The translations under genes and the position numbers were made by a program. From Nemertoderma westbladi (taxonomy: Eukaryota > Animalia > Xenacoelomorpha): 55,323 nucleotides of DNA. Shown here one piece after another: positions 44,499-55,323 of this stretch. The stretch's first letter is position 1; each line of letters starts with the position of its first letter. Below the pieces are notes generated by a model, which made no database searches, was not told the DNA's origin, and worked only from the letters and a program-made list of their open reading frames with translations. The stretch lies in NCBI GenBank assembly GCA_032718475.1, contig JAUCBJ010008990.1:1-55323 (forward strand). Reading direction: 5' to 3'.

Positions 44499-44740
44499 CT
44501 GATAATCGCGATGAATATAAACTTTTATAAACGTTTATAAACTGACTTAGTGGGTACTTATATTATAACTTAGTGGGTAAACTAACCGCTCAATACTCAC
44601 AATGTTTATTGATTGATGGTGACTTCAATAATGACCCACCTCTTAATATCTATGTAGAATTTAAACAATGGTGCAGTAGTGTTAATCTCACCGCAGCTGA
44701 TGTAAATGTTGCCTAATAATAGTTACACTTCTGTAATGTT
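44499..44740 (+). pseudogene. Continuation of the interrupted APE endonuclease remnant
   Basis: Resumes after the TSD with DNRDEY and later GDFN (GGTGACTTCAAT). Confidence 0.65.
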
Positions 44741-45374
44741 CAATGTTCAGATGTTCAATTCAATTCAATTCTTCTTTGTATATTTAACACAAAATATATA
44801 AACATATATCAAGGTTCACTTGCACCAACCCAACAACTAGATAGATCACAAATACTACCTACCATAATATACTCCACCTACCAACATAATATTTAATAGC
44901 CAAAAGCTTACTTTACAAACAAGTTTAATAATATGTTCTTATTGAGATTAAACTTTATGTGAAGTTCAGATAACCTCCTATGCCACAGGGGAGAGATAAA
45001 AGTTACAGCAGAGTTAATAATATTATTCACTATTAAGTTTTTACTGGCTTGCAACCGAACAATAATACTGTACATTAATTCCGCATATCTGCTGCACAAT
45101 CCAGTAAGTAATTTGAGACCCACATTTGAGAAGCATTACAGTATTTGGGATAGCTCATCAATGTTCTAAATATATTATTATATGCTACCAACAATTTATT
45201 AATAGTTACTTTTTTGTAATTGCACTACCCAGTCAAAAATCCACATGTATGGGTGTGTATACGTGCATGCGTGTATGTCCGGTCAAAAAAGTGCGATACG
45301 CATGCGGACTGCACGTGTTTCCACATGCGAACTGCATGTTTGTCCGACTGAACTGCATGTGGACCACATACGTC

Positions 45375-46125
45375 CTCCTTCTCCAGCCTCCTTCTAGGCG
45401 CCTCCACTATGTCCTCCCTCTCCGGCGTCCTTATGGGCGCCTCCACACATCCTCCCTATCCGGCTTTCTTTTGGGCACCTCCAATATGTCCTCCCTCTCC
45501 GGCCCCCTTCTGGGCGTCTCCACTACGTCCTCCCTCTCCGGCCTCCTTCTGGGCACCTCCACTACGTCCTTCCTCTCCAGCCTCCTTCTGGGCGCCTCCA
45601 CTACGTCCTCCCTTTCCGGCCTCCTTCTGGGCGCCTCCACTACATCATCCCTCTCCGGCCTCCTTATGGGCGCCTCCAATACGTCCTCCCTCTCCGGCCT
45701 CCTTCTGCTCGCTTCCAATACGTCCTCCCTCTCCGGCCTCCTTCTGGGCGCCTCCACTACGTCCTCCCTCGCCGCCTCCTTATGGGTGCCTCCACTACAC
45801 TCCTCCCTCCCCGGCGTCCTTCTGGGCGCCCCTCCACTATGTCCTCCCTCTCCGGCCTCCTTCTGGGCGCCTCCACTACGTCCTCCCTCTCCGGCCTCCT
45901 TCTGGGCGCCCTCCACTACATCCTCCCTCTCCGGCCTCCTTATGGACGCCTCCACTACATCCTCCCTCCCTGGCCTCCTTCTGGGCGCCTCCACTACGTC
46001 CTCCCTCTCCTGCCTCCTTCTGGGCGCCTCCACTACGTCCTCCCTATCCGGCCTTCTTTTGGGCGCCTCCACTACATCCTCCCTCTCCGGCCTCCTTCTA
46101 GGTGCCTCCACTACGTCCTCCCTCT
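45375..46125. repeat. 39-bp pyrimidine-skewed minisatellite, ~19 copies
   Basis: CCTCCACTACGTCCTCCCTCTCCGGCCTCCTTCTGGGCG units; minus strand reads (EAPRRRPEREDVV)n. Confidence 0.9.
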
Positions 46126-47439
46126 TCTCTTCTTAGCCTGGAATCCTTCATGTTATGAAGGATTCCAGCTACTTGACTTTCTATTTCATATTTATTTGCA
46201 TTATTTAGGTTTGATAGGATGTCGATCAACCCCATTTTAATAAGATAATTCTCACTTTTCCCAACGCTATGTTTCGCGATATTACCAGTGAGGGATACCT
46301 CCTTAAGCCAACTGCCATATTAACTCCTCCAGCTGTCTTTTTATGGAATCTTTGAGGTTCTTTCCTTCGTGTTGTTTAAGTATTTCAATAATGTCCAGCA
46401 TTAATAGAATTTGTTTCAATTCGTCAATGGTTTGATTTTGAATAATTTGTCTAATATCAGTATTTTTTTTAATCTCCCCTTCTTTCCCCTTTTGATTTAA
46501 CTTTCTAGATATACTTTAGACCTCCCGTTTTAGTTAAATTATGAGGTTGAGACAGACATTAAGTACTTGCTGGTCACTTAACAACCCAATATCTTTCTGA
46601 ATTCCAGTGTACACCTGAACCTGGGTATGGGGAGTGGCATATTTCCTCTGGGCAATTAATTGCAGAACTACTTTTAGGTCTACATTGTTCTTGAACAGGT
46701 GAAAGATCTATTGATACTTGATCAGTCATGTCAATTGACTGATCTATCAGGTCAATCGATGATGTTGATTGTTTATCCTGGGATAGATTATTATTAAATT
46801 TAGAACCATATGTCGATTTCTTAGGAGTACTCGTTTTGGATCGTCTATTAGCAAGACTACTCTTTGTTTTCGTGACATCTACCTGACTATGTACAGATTT
46901 AGAAAACGGCCCAGGAATCGGCGTTGGTAAACCCTTGCTTTGAAAGGAAAGCCCCACTCTTTTATTAGCTTTTGTCCACTCATCACACGAAGAAATTACG
47001 GGTTGACTGATAAGTTTAACCGAATTTCACGTTTTAATTGTCAAAACGAGTACTTATATATTTCACTTCCCTGGCCTTGTCAAGTATTGCTTGAAAATTT
47101 ATATCTCTTAGATTTCTGTGGATATGACTTCAGCAGTATAGTACTCCCCAACACTGTACCGCACTTCATAATTCTCTTGCATCTTTACTGCGTCACGATT
47201 ATAATTGAGAACTTCTCACTTAAGCTCCACTGCCCAAATTTGGCAGTCATGACGACAATATACAATTCAATTTTAGTATTTAATCAGATAAACTGACATA
47301 TAAATAAAACTGTAAAAATGCGGCTACTAGAATCGCAGACAACGTTAAGAATAAATAAAATGTAATGTTCACAGTTAATAAACGATTTAGCCAATGCAAT
47401 GTAGTAGTAACAAAAGGTGCATTGTGGTATTTAATATTA

Positions 47440-47811
47440 TTACTCAAGAGCAATGTAGTATATGGAAAAGTACTCTATGATTGTCGAGTGTTTCGTTTCA
47501 AAATTTACACCCACTGTATCATAAATCCCCTTTACAAAATTTTTGCTTGCTACTTCTTTAATAGAGAGCGATCCATTTTTGATGTTTTCTAAAATTGTTT
47601 TGCTGTATTTGAGTTGTAGCATGGATTTCAGCGATGGACAGCGGAAATATTTCAAACATTTTGCAAATGTTGAAACCAAGCCTTGGTAAGTCGGAGACAT
47701 AAGTTTTGAGTGGTTAATCTGTAAGTTACTCCGTAGGACTGATTGAAGTATATGATTAGGTGTGTATTGCAGACGAATTAGTAGTCGCGCTGCGGCACGA
47801 AAACAATACAA
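47440..47811 (-). pseudogene. Possible C-terminal remnant of a LINE ORF2
   Basis: RLLIRLQYTPNHILQSV resembles IIVRLQASKNLIVNNI in ORF 44908..45123 and LINE ORF2 C-termini; weak. Confidence 0.25.
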
Positions 47812-48727
47812 ATGTTATTAGAAATGCTTACATAAATGATTGTACTGCGTAACTAAAATATAGGCCTGGCCTACTTGAATTTTCGGAACAAAATCATTGC
47901 AATTTAAAGAGAAGGGGGGGGGGGGGGGGGCAACTAAACTCAATGACGCAAATCCCACCTGCTGACCTGAGCAAATCAACATTGGTAATTATTTATGGAA
48001 AGAAACAGGTTACAGTGGCAGGCTATGGTGTCTCTAAAGGGTCAAATATAAATAATAAAAACCTCTATGAAACAATAAAATGCTGCAGTAATAAATATTT
48101 GTTACTACTTTATTGTTTCAGAGGTTTTTATTAATATTAATTTTACCCTTTAGAGTCGCCATAGCGGGCTATTATGCAAGCAATCAGCTATTATGTGCTT
48201 CGATTTTCCCTTGGAGATGGTTGAATTTTGTTTTGTTGATTGCGTCTAGAACCCCCCCCCCCCCCCCCCCCACATCTCTATTTTCGAGTTAGTACGGCTT
48301 TTGTTGAGTGGTGAATTTGGTGAGCACCAAAATTTACATTTACGCCTAAAAATAAGAGTTACAATGATCTGGAGCATTATAAAAATTATTCCATTAGAAT
48401 CAGCACTCCTAGACATTTTTTGGGTCTGATTCAGACAAGTAAATGATAAGGGAAGGGTAATATGGGTCAATGCCAACCATATTGACCAATGTCTCGGAAG
48501 TTATTTTTGAAATTATCAAAGCCAACCAACCATTCATTCTCGAATGATTTACATTTTTGTATATTTTGTGTCTCGTACGTGACTTGGTCAATGGTCAATA
48601 CGGTTGGCATTTAACATATACAACATTTACATCCATAATAATAAATAACCTGGTATATACTGTACTGTAGTTACGAGGGAGGTTTTTATTAAACGTAATA
48701 CATTCAAAACGTGACGCTACTGTTAGA

Positions 48728-49511
48728 ATAGTACTTAAGTCATATCTGAACCAATATGAACCCAATCTGAACCCAATCTGACCGAATCTACTGTATATAC
48801 CAAATCTGAATCTAAAATAGAAAGAGGGGCGAAAATTATTAATTTTTGGATTCACAATTTTGAAATTTGAAGAAATTTTACATATTTATTTTCATATTTA
48901 AATTTGCCGGCAGCCGCGCTACTACTGATGTGTTGGGGAGTGACAACATACCTCAGTCAGTCTGTACATAGGCTACCTACATTACAGTTCTTACACCTCA
49001 AGGCCTACTACAGTTACTGCTGTACTGTGTGTATTCAGTCGTTAGCGTTATACTATACAGTAGCTACAGTACCTGGCTAGGGGTAGGCAGCATGGTAGCG
49101 AAACTGAACTTCAACGAGTCCCGTAAATCTGTAGTTTGTCAGTTGGGCTACCGCCTACCGGTACAAGGTAGCTATGAGCTATAACGCCAACGACTGCATA
49201 GGCCTCCATACATTACAGCCTCAGTAAATGTAGTAGGCCTGCCTGGAGCTGTAAGAATTGTAATGTAGGTAGCCTATGTGCAGATGTATGATGTCAGCAG
49301 TAGTACTGCAGCTGCAGTACAAATACAAATGCCGCAATACAAAATTTAAATATGAAAAAAGATATGTAAAATTTCTTCAAATTTCAAAATTGTTAATGCA
49401 AAAATTAATAATTTTCACCCTTCTTTCTATTTTCGATTCAGATTGGGTTCAGATTTGGTATAATTCTTGAGATTGGGTCCAGATTGGGTTCAGATATGGT
49501 TTAAGTACTAT
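48728..49511. mobile_element. Foldback MITE with ~175-bp imperfect terminal inverted repeats
   Basis: 48728-48906 (ATAGTACTTAA..TCTGAACCCAA repeats..ATTTAAATTTG) is the reverse complement of ~49340-49511. Confidence 0.8.
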
Positions 49512-49639
49512 CCCTACTACAAAATAGTTACAAAATATGCATTATCATATGTATTCAACATCACGGGCACTGCAATGTACCATTTAAAACTTAGCAAATG
49601 CCCAGAGTAAGGACAACCCTTACTATAGTAACCCTCTCC

Positions 49640-50460
49640 ATATATGTTTGGTTCAAACAAGGAACAATATATGTCAGAAATAAAATTTAGTTTTGATCCA
49701 ATGATTATAGAATTATGTTCTAAAAAACTGGAAACCAAAATAATAATGTTACCAATTAAGATGAAATCGCCCTTTTACAGTGGTCTGTCTAGTTCTTCTA
49801 CAGCACCAACCACTAATCCATTGGATTTCGATTTCGCCTCTTGCACTATTATTCTTGCATCCCGAGAGTTATTTGAACGCTTAAGCTTGTTCATGAAGGA
49901 CTCAAATTTGAATGCAGCCCAATCAATACAACTATATCGTTTGCAAAAGGGTGGAATATGTGTTAATAATTGCATGATAAATGTCAGGGCGTGTTTGGTG
50001 TACATTTCGCTCAACTGCCAGTGAAAGTTGCTAATGGGCATATTGTAGATATATGTCATCCTCACAGAGCTGTTGTGAAGCAAGAATCTGAACTGCAACA
50101 TGTAAACTCATAAGATGCTCGAAGTATCGCTTTGGTACGTAATATGTCTTTCATCAATGGAGATGTATATAAAATGAAGGTCCTGAACTCGGTGGCTTTG
50201 TAGTAATCAATGGAATCAAAGCCCCTTAGTTTTCTGTTAAATAAAAAAAGTTCAGGCTTAGCCTTCCTAGTTTGTAAGGATGCCATTAGCTATCTTCTTC
50301 AAACTCGGCGACAAACAACACGATAATGGAGTATTCCGCAATGATGATTTATTACACCAATATCGAATGAGTTGCTTTACACACCCCAAACAAATGCAAT
50401 GCATATAGTCAGGGGGGATACCAGTCGATATGGGCAATATTGTTGCACAACTACAATACC
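49640..50460 (-). pseudogene. Degraded CACTA/EnSpm-type transposase
   Basis: PPDYMHCICLGCVK, FNRKLRG...YKATEFRTFILY, IYNM, AFKFESFMNKLKR across three frameshifted ORFs. Confidence 0.8.
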
Positions 50461-50496
50461 AATTATTCGCTGTTACCAATTATACTAATTATTATG

Positions 50497-50608
50497 TAAC
50501 TTTTTGTTGGGCACAGCTTTTGCAAAGTCGGCAATGACGTCCAGGTGGGATCGAACTGGTGACCTCCAAGTTGGAAGTCTGACGCTCTAACCATTCAGCT
50601 AGCGGCTC
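50497..50608 (-). mobile_element. tRNA-derived SINE head
   Basis: Minus strand GAGCCGCTAGCTGAATGGTTAGAGCGTCAGACTTCCAACTTGGAGGTCACCAGTTCGATCCCACCTGGACGTCA: A and B boxes present, acceptor stem unpaired. Confidence 0.7.
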
Positions 50609-50841
50609 AGGTAAAAGATAGACCAGGAAATACTATCTGATACATTGTATGTCCGCAATTTACATCCTGATGGCCTCACAACTGTCAATATGTTGCCACT
50701 GCGCTCAACCCTATCGTACCAGTATCTCACTAGTTCGATCCCACCTGGACGTCATTGCCGACTTTGCAAAAGCTGTGCCCAACAAAAAGTTATAATAATA
50801 TGAAACCACTTATTCACCACTTAATATGAAAACACTTATTC

Positions 50842-51395
50842 ACTACAATACCAATTATTATGTGTAGCAGAACTACATTACCAATTATTATGTGTAGCAG
50901 AACTACAATACCAATTATTATGTGTAGCAGAACTACAATACCAATTATTATGTGTAGCAGAACTACAATACCAATTATTATGTGTAGCAGAACTACAATA
51001 CCAATTATTATGTGTAGCAGAACTACAATACCAATTATTATGTGTAGCAGAACTACAATACCAATTATTATGTGTAGCAGAACTACATTACCAATTATTA
51101 TGTGTAGCAGAACTACAATACCAATTATTATGTGTAGCAGAACTACAATACCAATTATTATGTGTAGCAGAACTACAATACCAATTATTATGTGTAGCAG
51201 AACTACAATACCAATTATTATGTGTAGCAGAACTACAATACCAATTATTATGTGTAGCAGAACTACATTACCAATTATTATGTGTAGCAGAACTACAATA
51301 CCAATTATTATGTGTAGCAGAACTACAATACCAATTATTATGTGTAGCAGAACTACAATACCAATTATTATTATGTGTAGCAGAACTACAATACC
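50842..51395. repeat. 30-bp near-perfect tandem repeat, ~18 copies
   Basis: ACTACAATACCAATTATTATGTGTAGCAGA units; A-to-T variant at 50878, 51088 and 51268. Confidence 0.97.
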
Positions 51396-51399
51396 GTAT

Positions 51400-51534
51400 A
51401 TTATTACCCTGTTATTTTGTTATTTTTCCGGATATTTTAACCCGAGGAACAGGAACTAGCCGAGGCGCAGCCGAGGCTTTCCTGTTCCGAGGGTTAAAAT
51501 ATCCGGAAAAATAACAAAATAACAGGGTAATAAT
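51400..51534. repeat. 135-bp palindrome/hairpin, probable terminus of the Crypton-like element
   Basis: 56-bp arms 51400-51455 and 51479-51534 with only a GA/GA mismatch; centre GCCGAGGCGCAGCCGAGGC. Confidence 0.85.
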
Positions 51535-52749
51535 CAAGTTGTTACTCACTAATCCCGGAAAAATAACATCATTACATGTCGTTATTATACATTATTATAT
51601 ATTTACTTCATTGAATTCCGTTTCTAACTTCAAGAAGCTAAATGTTTCTAAAAGGGTTCTGTTTTGGGGAGAGGAAGAAAAAAGGGGCGTGGAAGTTTTG
51701 GGGGTTAAAAATATAAATAAATATTAATATTTATTCTTATGGTCCTTCTTAGGTCTAGACTTGTTTATTAGAATGACCCCCAGAGTTGGTTAAAGTTACT
51801 ATATTATAATAAACAATATGGCTAAACCTCAATAGCACGAACTTTTATTCGAAATGTTACATAACTCCGTATTTAGAACGTGATGTAGAAATGATGAGAC
51901 AGATGAAATTGTTTAGTAAGATAATTCGGTTAGTCCAATAGGTACCGGTCATTCATCTAAAGTTCCTCTTTGATTATAATTGCTTCTATAAGTAATTATC
52001 AATTCACGTTTATAATTATAAAGCATAAGAGAATAAGTGCGCACATGTTAGTTAATAGTTGCCACGTGTTACTATGACGTTGCCAAGGGACAATTTTCGC
52101 GTGGGCAGATTGTTAAAAAACAACCTGGGTTTTTTAAATTACCACGAAAAAATCAAACCCAGCGATATGGGAACCTGATTTAATATTATAGTTTGGGAAA
52201 CAGGATGAAAGGGTAATTCAATTTTTTCAATATATTCTGTCTGGTTGATAGTCGATCTTGTTGACTTTTTTGAGTTTTAATATTTATTAGGCCTATCTAT
52301 TTTCGTCGTTAGATAACGATTTAATTTTCGAATAACTCGTAGCCCAAGGCGTAATCGTAATCCAGCACTTCATAAGATTACAAGGCTTGTAGTAGTTATT
52401 AGTATAATATTTGTATCAATTGAAAATATTTGCTTGTTACATGGGTATTTAATTTGCATGTTTCAAGTTAGTTCAAGAGAAATCAAAGACAGATTAATTA
52501 TAATAACAAAAACCGTAACTGTAACTGTAAACCAAAACACAAATGTTAAAGAAAACAGTAGTTAAGTAGAAAAATATTAAATCGTTAAATCGATGAAAGA
52601 CTAAAAATAAAAAATATACACTTTCACAAATTAAAAAGTATTTAAGATTACAACAAAAATTTATATAGAAAAAAAGACATTGATAACTTTATTTTCTCTC
52701 TTAATTTCTTATCTTATTAAATTAGTTTGGTGAACTGGAACTTAGATGT

Positions 52750-54157
52750 TTAAGACTTATTATTGAAAATAATATTGACAGGCGCGTGAAACTGTGCCCC
52801 CTGCAACAAGCTACTCATGAATTCAGACTTTGTTGACGGAATCTCGATATTCGTTTCTTGACGAACTGTATCGACTACTTCGTGACTCTCATTTCCTCCG
52901 CTACTCTTCGAAACTTCTCGCCCTGATACACATTGACTCAATATCGTACTCAAGGATCGCTGAGTAGTAGTCGATGGTCGGATGTAAGACGTTGTTGTTC
53001 CCAGATTCGCATGTCCCAACTGTATTTGGGCAAAATTGGATGGCTGTCCAGAATCAACTATAGCCTGCGCCGCCGTCTTCCGATAACTCATCAGTGTAAT
53101 CTTTCGATTATCTGTTGTCAATCCTGCACGGCCGAACAGATCCCTTAATATAGTAGGGAAGGTGTGTTTTCCAACCGGTTGCATGGTGTACCAACTATCA
53201 TCACGATTGGCCGGTACGGTTGGTTTGGGACGAACCCAAAATGGTGCTTCCTTGTCCATCTTCCCATCTGGAAATCTATGTTTAATGTAACACTCGAATA
53301 GAGTCACAGGACAACAAGTGCAATCTTCGGGAAACTCGAAAGCTTTCACAGGGAATTTTCTAGGAGCAGTAATACCCTTTCGAGCCTTCGTTATCCGCTC
53401 TTTCAACTGAAGATAGAACTTATCTTCTTGGATGCAATAATGTTTCGTAATGTCTTTGACACGCATTTGGCGCATTTCTACGCCAGGTCTTGTCCCAAAC
53501 TGAGTAGTAAGAACTAGATACAGTGTATCACGCAGCTGAAAATCCAAGTAATCCTTTGTCCTTCAATAATCTGAAATCCGACGCCTCTAATGGGTCACTC
53601 GAGTTAGCAAGGTTTCCTTTGCCCGATGCTTTTATTTGGGATAGACGGGCCCGGAGAATTTCTTTGGAACGGCTAAATTCTGGTAATTTAAGGACATCGC
53701 CATGCCCCAAGTCTTTAAAATGACGCAGCAAACCATAGAAGTAACTTCGTAGAGAAGTTGTCTCTAACTTTTCTCCATTTTTCTTCTTGTATTTACGAAT
53801 AAACCCATGAAAATTTATAGCCAGCACTTGAACAGATTGTTTATCTATATCTTCTGAGCATTTAACCAGATGAAGATAATTCTGAAAGGCAGAAACTGAT
53901 TGCCGAGTTGACTCAGTTGTGTTATGATTATGCGTTTCCATTAGATACTGGTCATCATCATCATTGTTTTGAGATAGGCGATTGCAAAAACGATCATCAG
54001 ATGAATTGTGCGGACCACTGACAAGGGGATATGTTTGAGTTTGACTCGCATCTTGATCTTCGACATCCGCTGAAAACATTGCTTCCAAATCACCCAAATC
54101 TGGACACTCGAAGCCTAGGCCTATTAAATCACTAGGCCTAAGCAATTGCGATTCCAT
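52750..54157 (-). mobile_element. Crypton-type tyrosine recombinase (DUF3504-like), with one frameshift near 53530-53547
   Basis: SLRSYFYGLLRHF; FGTRPGVEMRQM (R), RITKARKG (K), CPVTLFECYI, WYTMQPVGKHT, ITLMSYRKT, LGHANLGTTTSY (H, Y); no RT nearby. Confidence 0.82.
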
Positions 54158-55112
54158 CGATTTAACAAGAATTAGACAAAAGAAGTACCGGTACAGGTGG
54201 GCTTACTTCTTTCCTGTAGCCTATTCACTTCGAATCTAACTCTTAACTCTTGGTACCGTACTAACCCAGTAACCAGAGTAGCCTATCAACTCAACACTGC
54301 AACAGCACAACAGGTACCGACCGGTAGGCCTAAAGGCTAGCTTATTTATAGAAGTACAGTCAGTACACAGTAGATATGAAGTAGGCTATATATAGCAGTA
54401 TGCAGTACAGCAGTAGACTGGTAGAAGCATGGCTGCCTGTAAGTGATGAAGTGTGCAGAGTGCCAGTAGTGTGCAGAAGTGTGTACAGGTGTAATGTAGC
54501 CTATTGTGCATAGCATAGTGTTGTAGTGCAGTGTAGGGTTGAATATTCGGGAGGGGGTCTGAATTTTGACTGTCTAGTTTTTTAACGTAATTGTTGGTTG
54601 CTATCGCTTTCGTCCTTCTGGGCTCCTCCCGGAGGCGCACACACGAGGTGGACGTGTTCCCACCACCCTTGGGGCCAGTCCAACTGATGTTTCTTATCAG
54701 ACCATGCCGGAGGGTGGTCCGATGCTTCCCGGGTTCAATTTTCAATCCCCCGATCGCACTGGCACAGCTCGTCGCATGTGTAGCCAGATGGTCGGCTACT
54801 GTCAACTTACTGTGGCCTGACTGTACATTGAGCCAACTCAGAGAGTCAACCGGCAGGTGGACCAGTAGTTAACGACAAGGTGGTCAACATTCGAAGACAT
54901 TGAAAACAAGATATGTAGTCATGCTGAATGCATGAAGATTGATATTCTTAAGGATTTTGATGATCTATTTATCGCTGTTGTCGACCTAGAACGCAGGTTT
55001 AAAATCCTTACAGTTGAATATGAAGAAATGAAAAATGCTGCAGTGGCGAGGGATAATATACCTCAACTACAGGTAGCACAACCTGCAATTAGGGCTGAAC
55101 GCCCAAAATTAA

Positions 55113-55323
55113 GGAATAGAGAAGATGAAAGCTAGAGCACGAGAACTTTTCTATTGGCCTGGACTTGGAGATGACGTTGAACGAGTGGTGAATGAGTGTC
55201 ATGCATGTCAAAGATCTAGACCAGCACTTCCGGCTGAACCACTCACTCCCTATCCTTGTGCAACAAGGCCAATGGAGGTATTGTGCACGGACTTTGCAAA
55301 GTATGGGGGCCAAGAATTTCTCA
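55113..55323 (+). mobile_element. Ty3/Gypsy integrase N-terminus, running off the window edge
   Basis: GIEKMKARARELFYWPGLGDDVERVVNECHACQRSRP..EPL.P....RPMEVLCTDFAKYGGQEFL, open to the end of the window. Confidence 0.85.

Noticed and set aside
45126-46240. Plus-strand ORFs of 336, 230 and 152 aa
   Set aside because: Open only because the 39-bp repeat lacks stops.
50535-50608. tRNA-Gly(TCC) gene on the minus strand
   Set aside because: Acceptor and anticodon stems do not pair properly; treated as a SINE head.
50842-51395. Possible CRISPR array, or the 199-aa ORF (MCSRTTIPII)n
   Set aside because: Units are contiguous with no unique spacers, there are no cas genes and the context is eukaryotic; the ORF is a by-product of a stop-free 30-mer.
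54386-54872. Overlapping ORFs of 139 and 93 aa
   Set aside because: No recognisable motifs; probably spurious or an unidentifiable fragment.

Overview
AT-rich eukaryotic (most likely invertebrate animal) DNA made almost entirely of stacked and nested mobile elements, plus one clean host exon (a fibronectin type II module, minus strand, 33307-33510). Main components: three RLE-type (CRE-like) non-LTR retrotransposon copies; an RTE-clade LINE flanked by a ~141-bp duplication; a complete 18.2-kb BEL/Pao LTR retrotransposon (14448-32692) with ~1.9-kb LTRs; a CACTA/EnSpm transposase remnant; a Crypton-like tyrosine recombinase; a Gypsy integrase at the right edge; MITEs, a tRNA-derived SINE and minisatellites. 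Most striking: (1) a ~341-bp x 5.8 tandem array (42261-44246) in which every unit has a type I hammerhead ribozyme between Pol III A and B boxes of a tRNA-like cassette followed by a T-run, all carried inside a TIR element with an 8-bp TSD; (2) the BEL element has, in the env position, a disrupted accessory ORF with a WRN/EXD2/mut-7-like DEDDy exonuclease domain and three zinc knuckles, a diverged relic of which lies at ~11-12.5 kb, and it also shows TA...TA termini, a tRNA-like cassette in each LTR and a near-palindromic motif repeated nine times in different reading frames; (3) a hairpin with tandem G.A pairs and a GCA triloop next to the Crypton recombinase. All calls come from reading the sequence by eye; no searches or folding programs were run.
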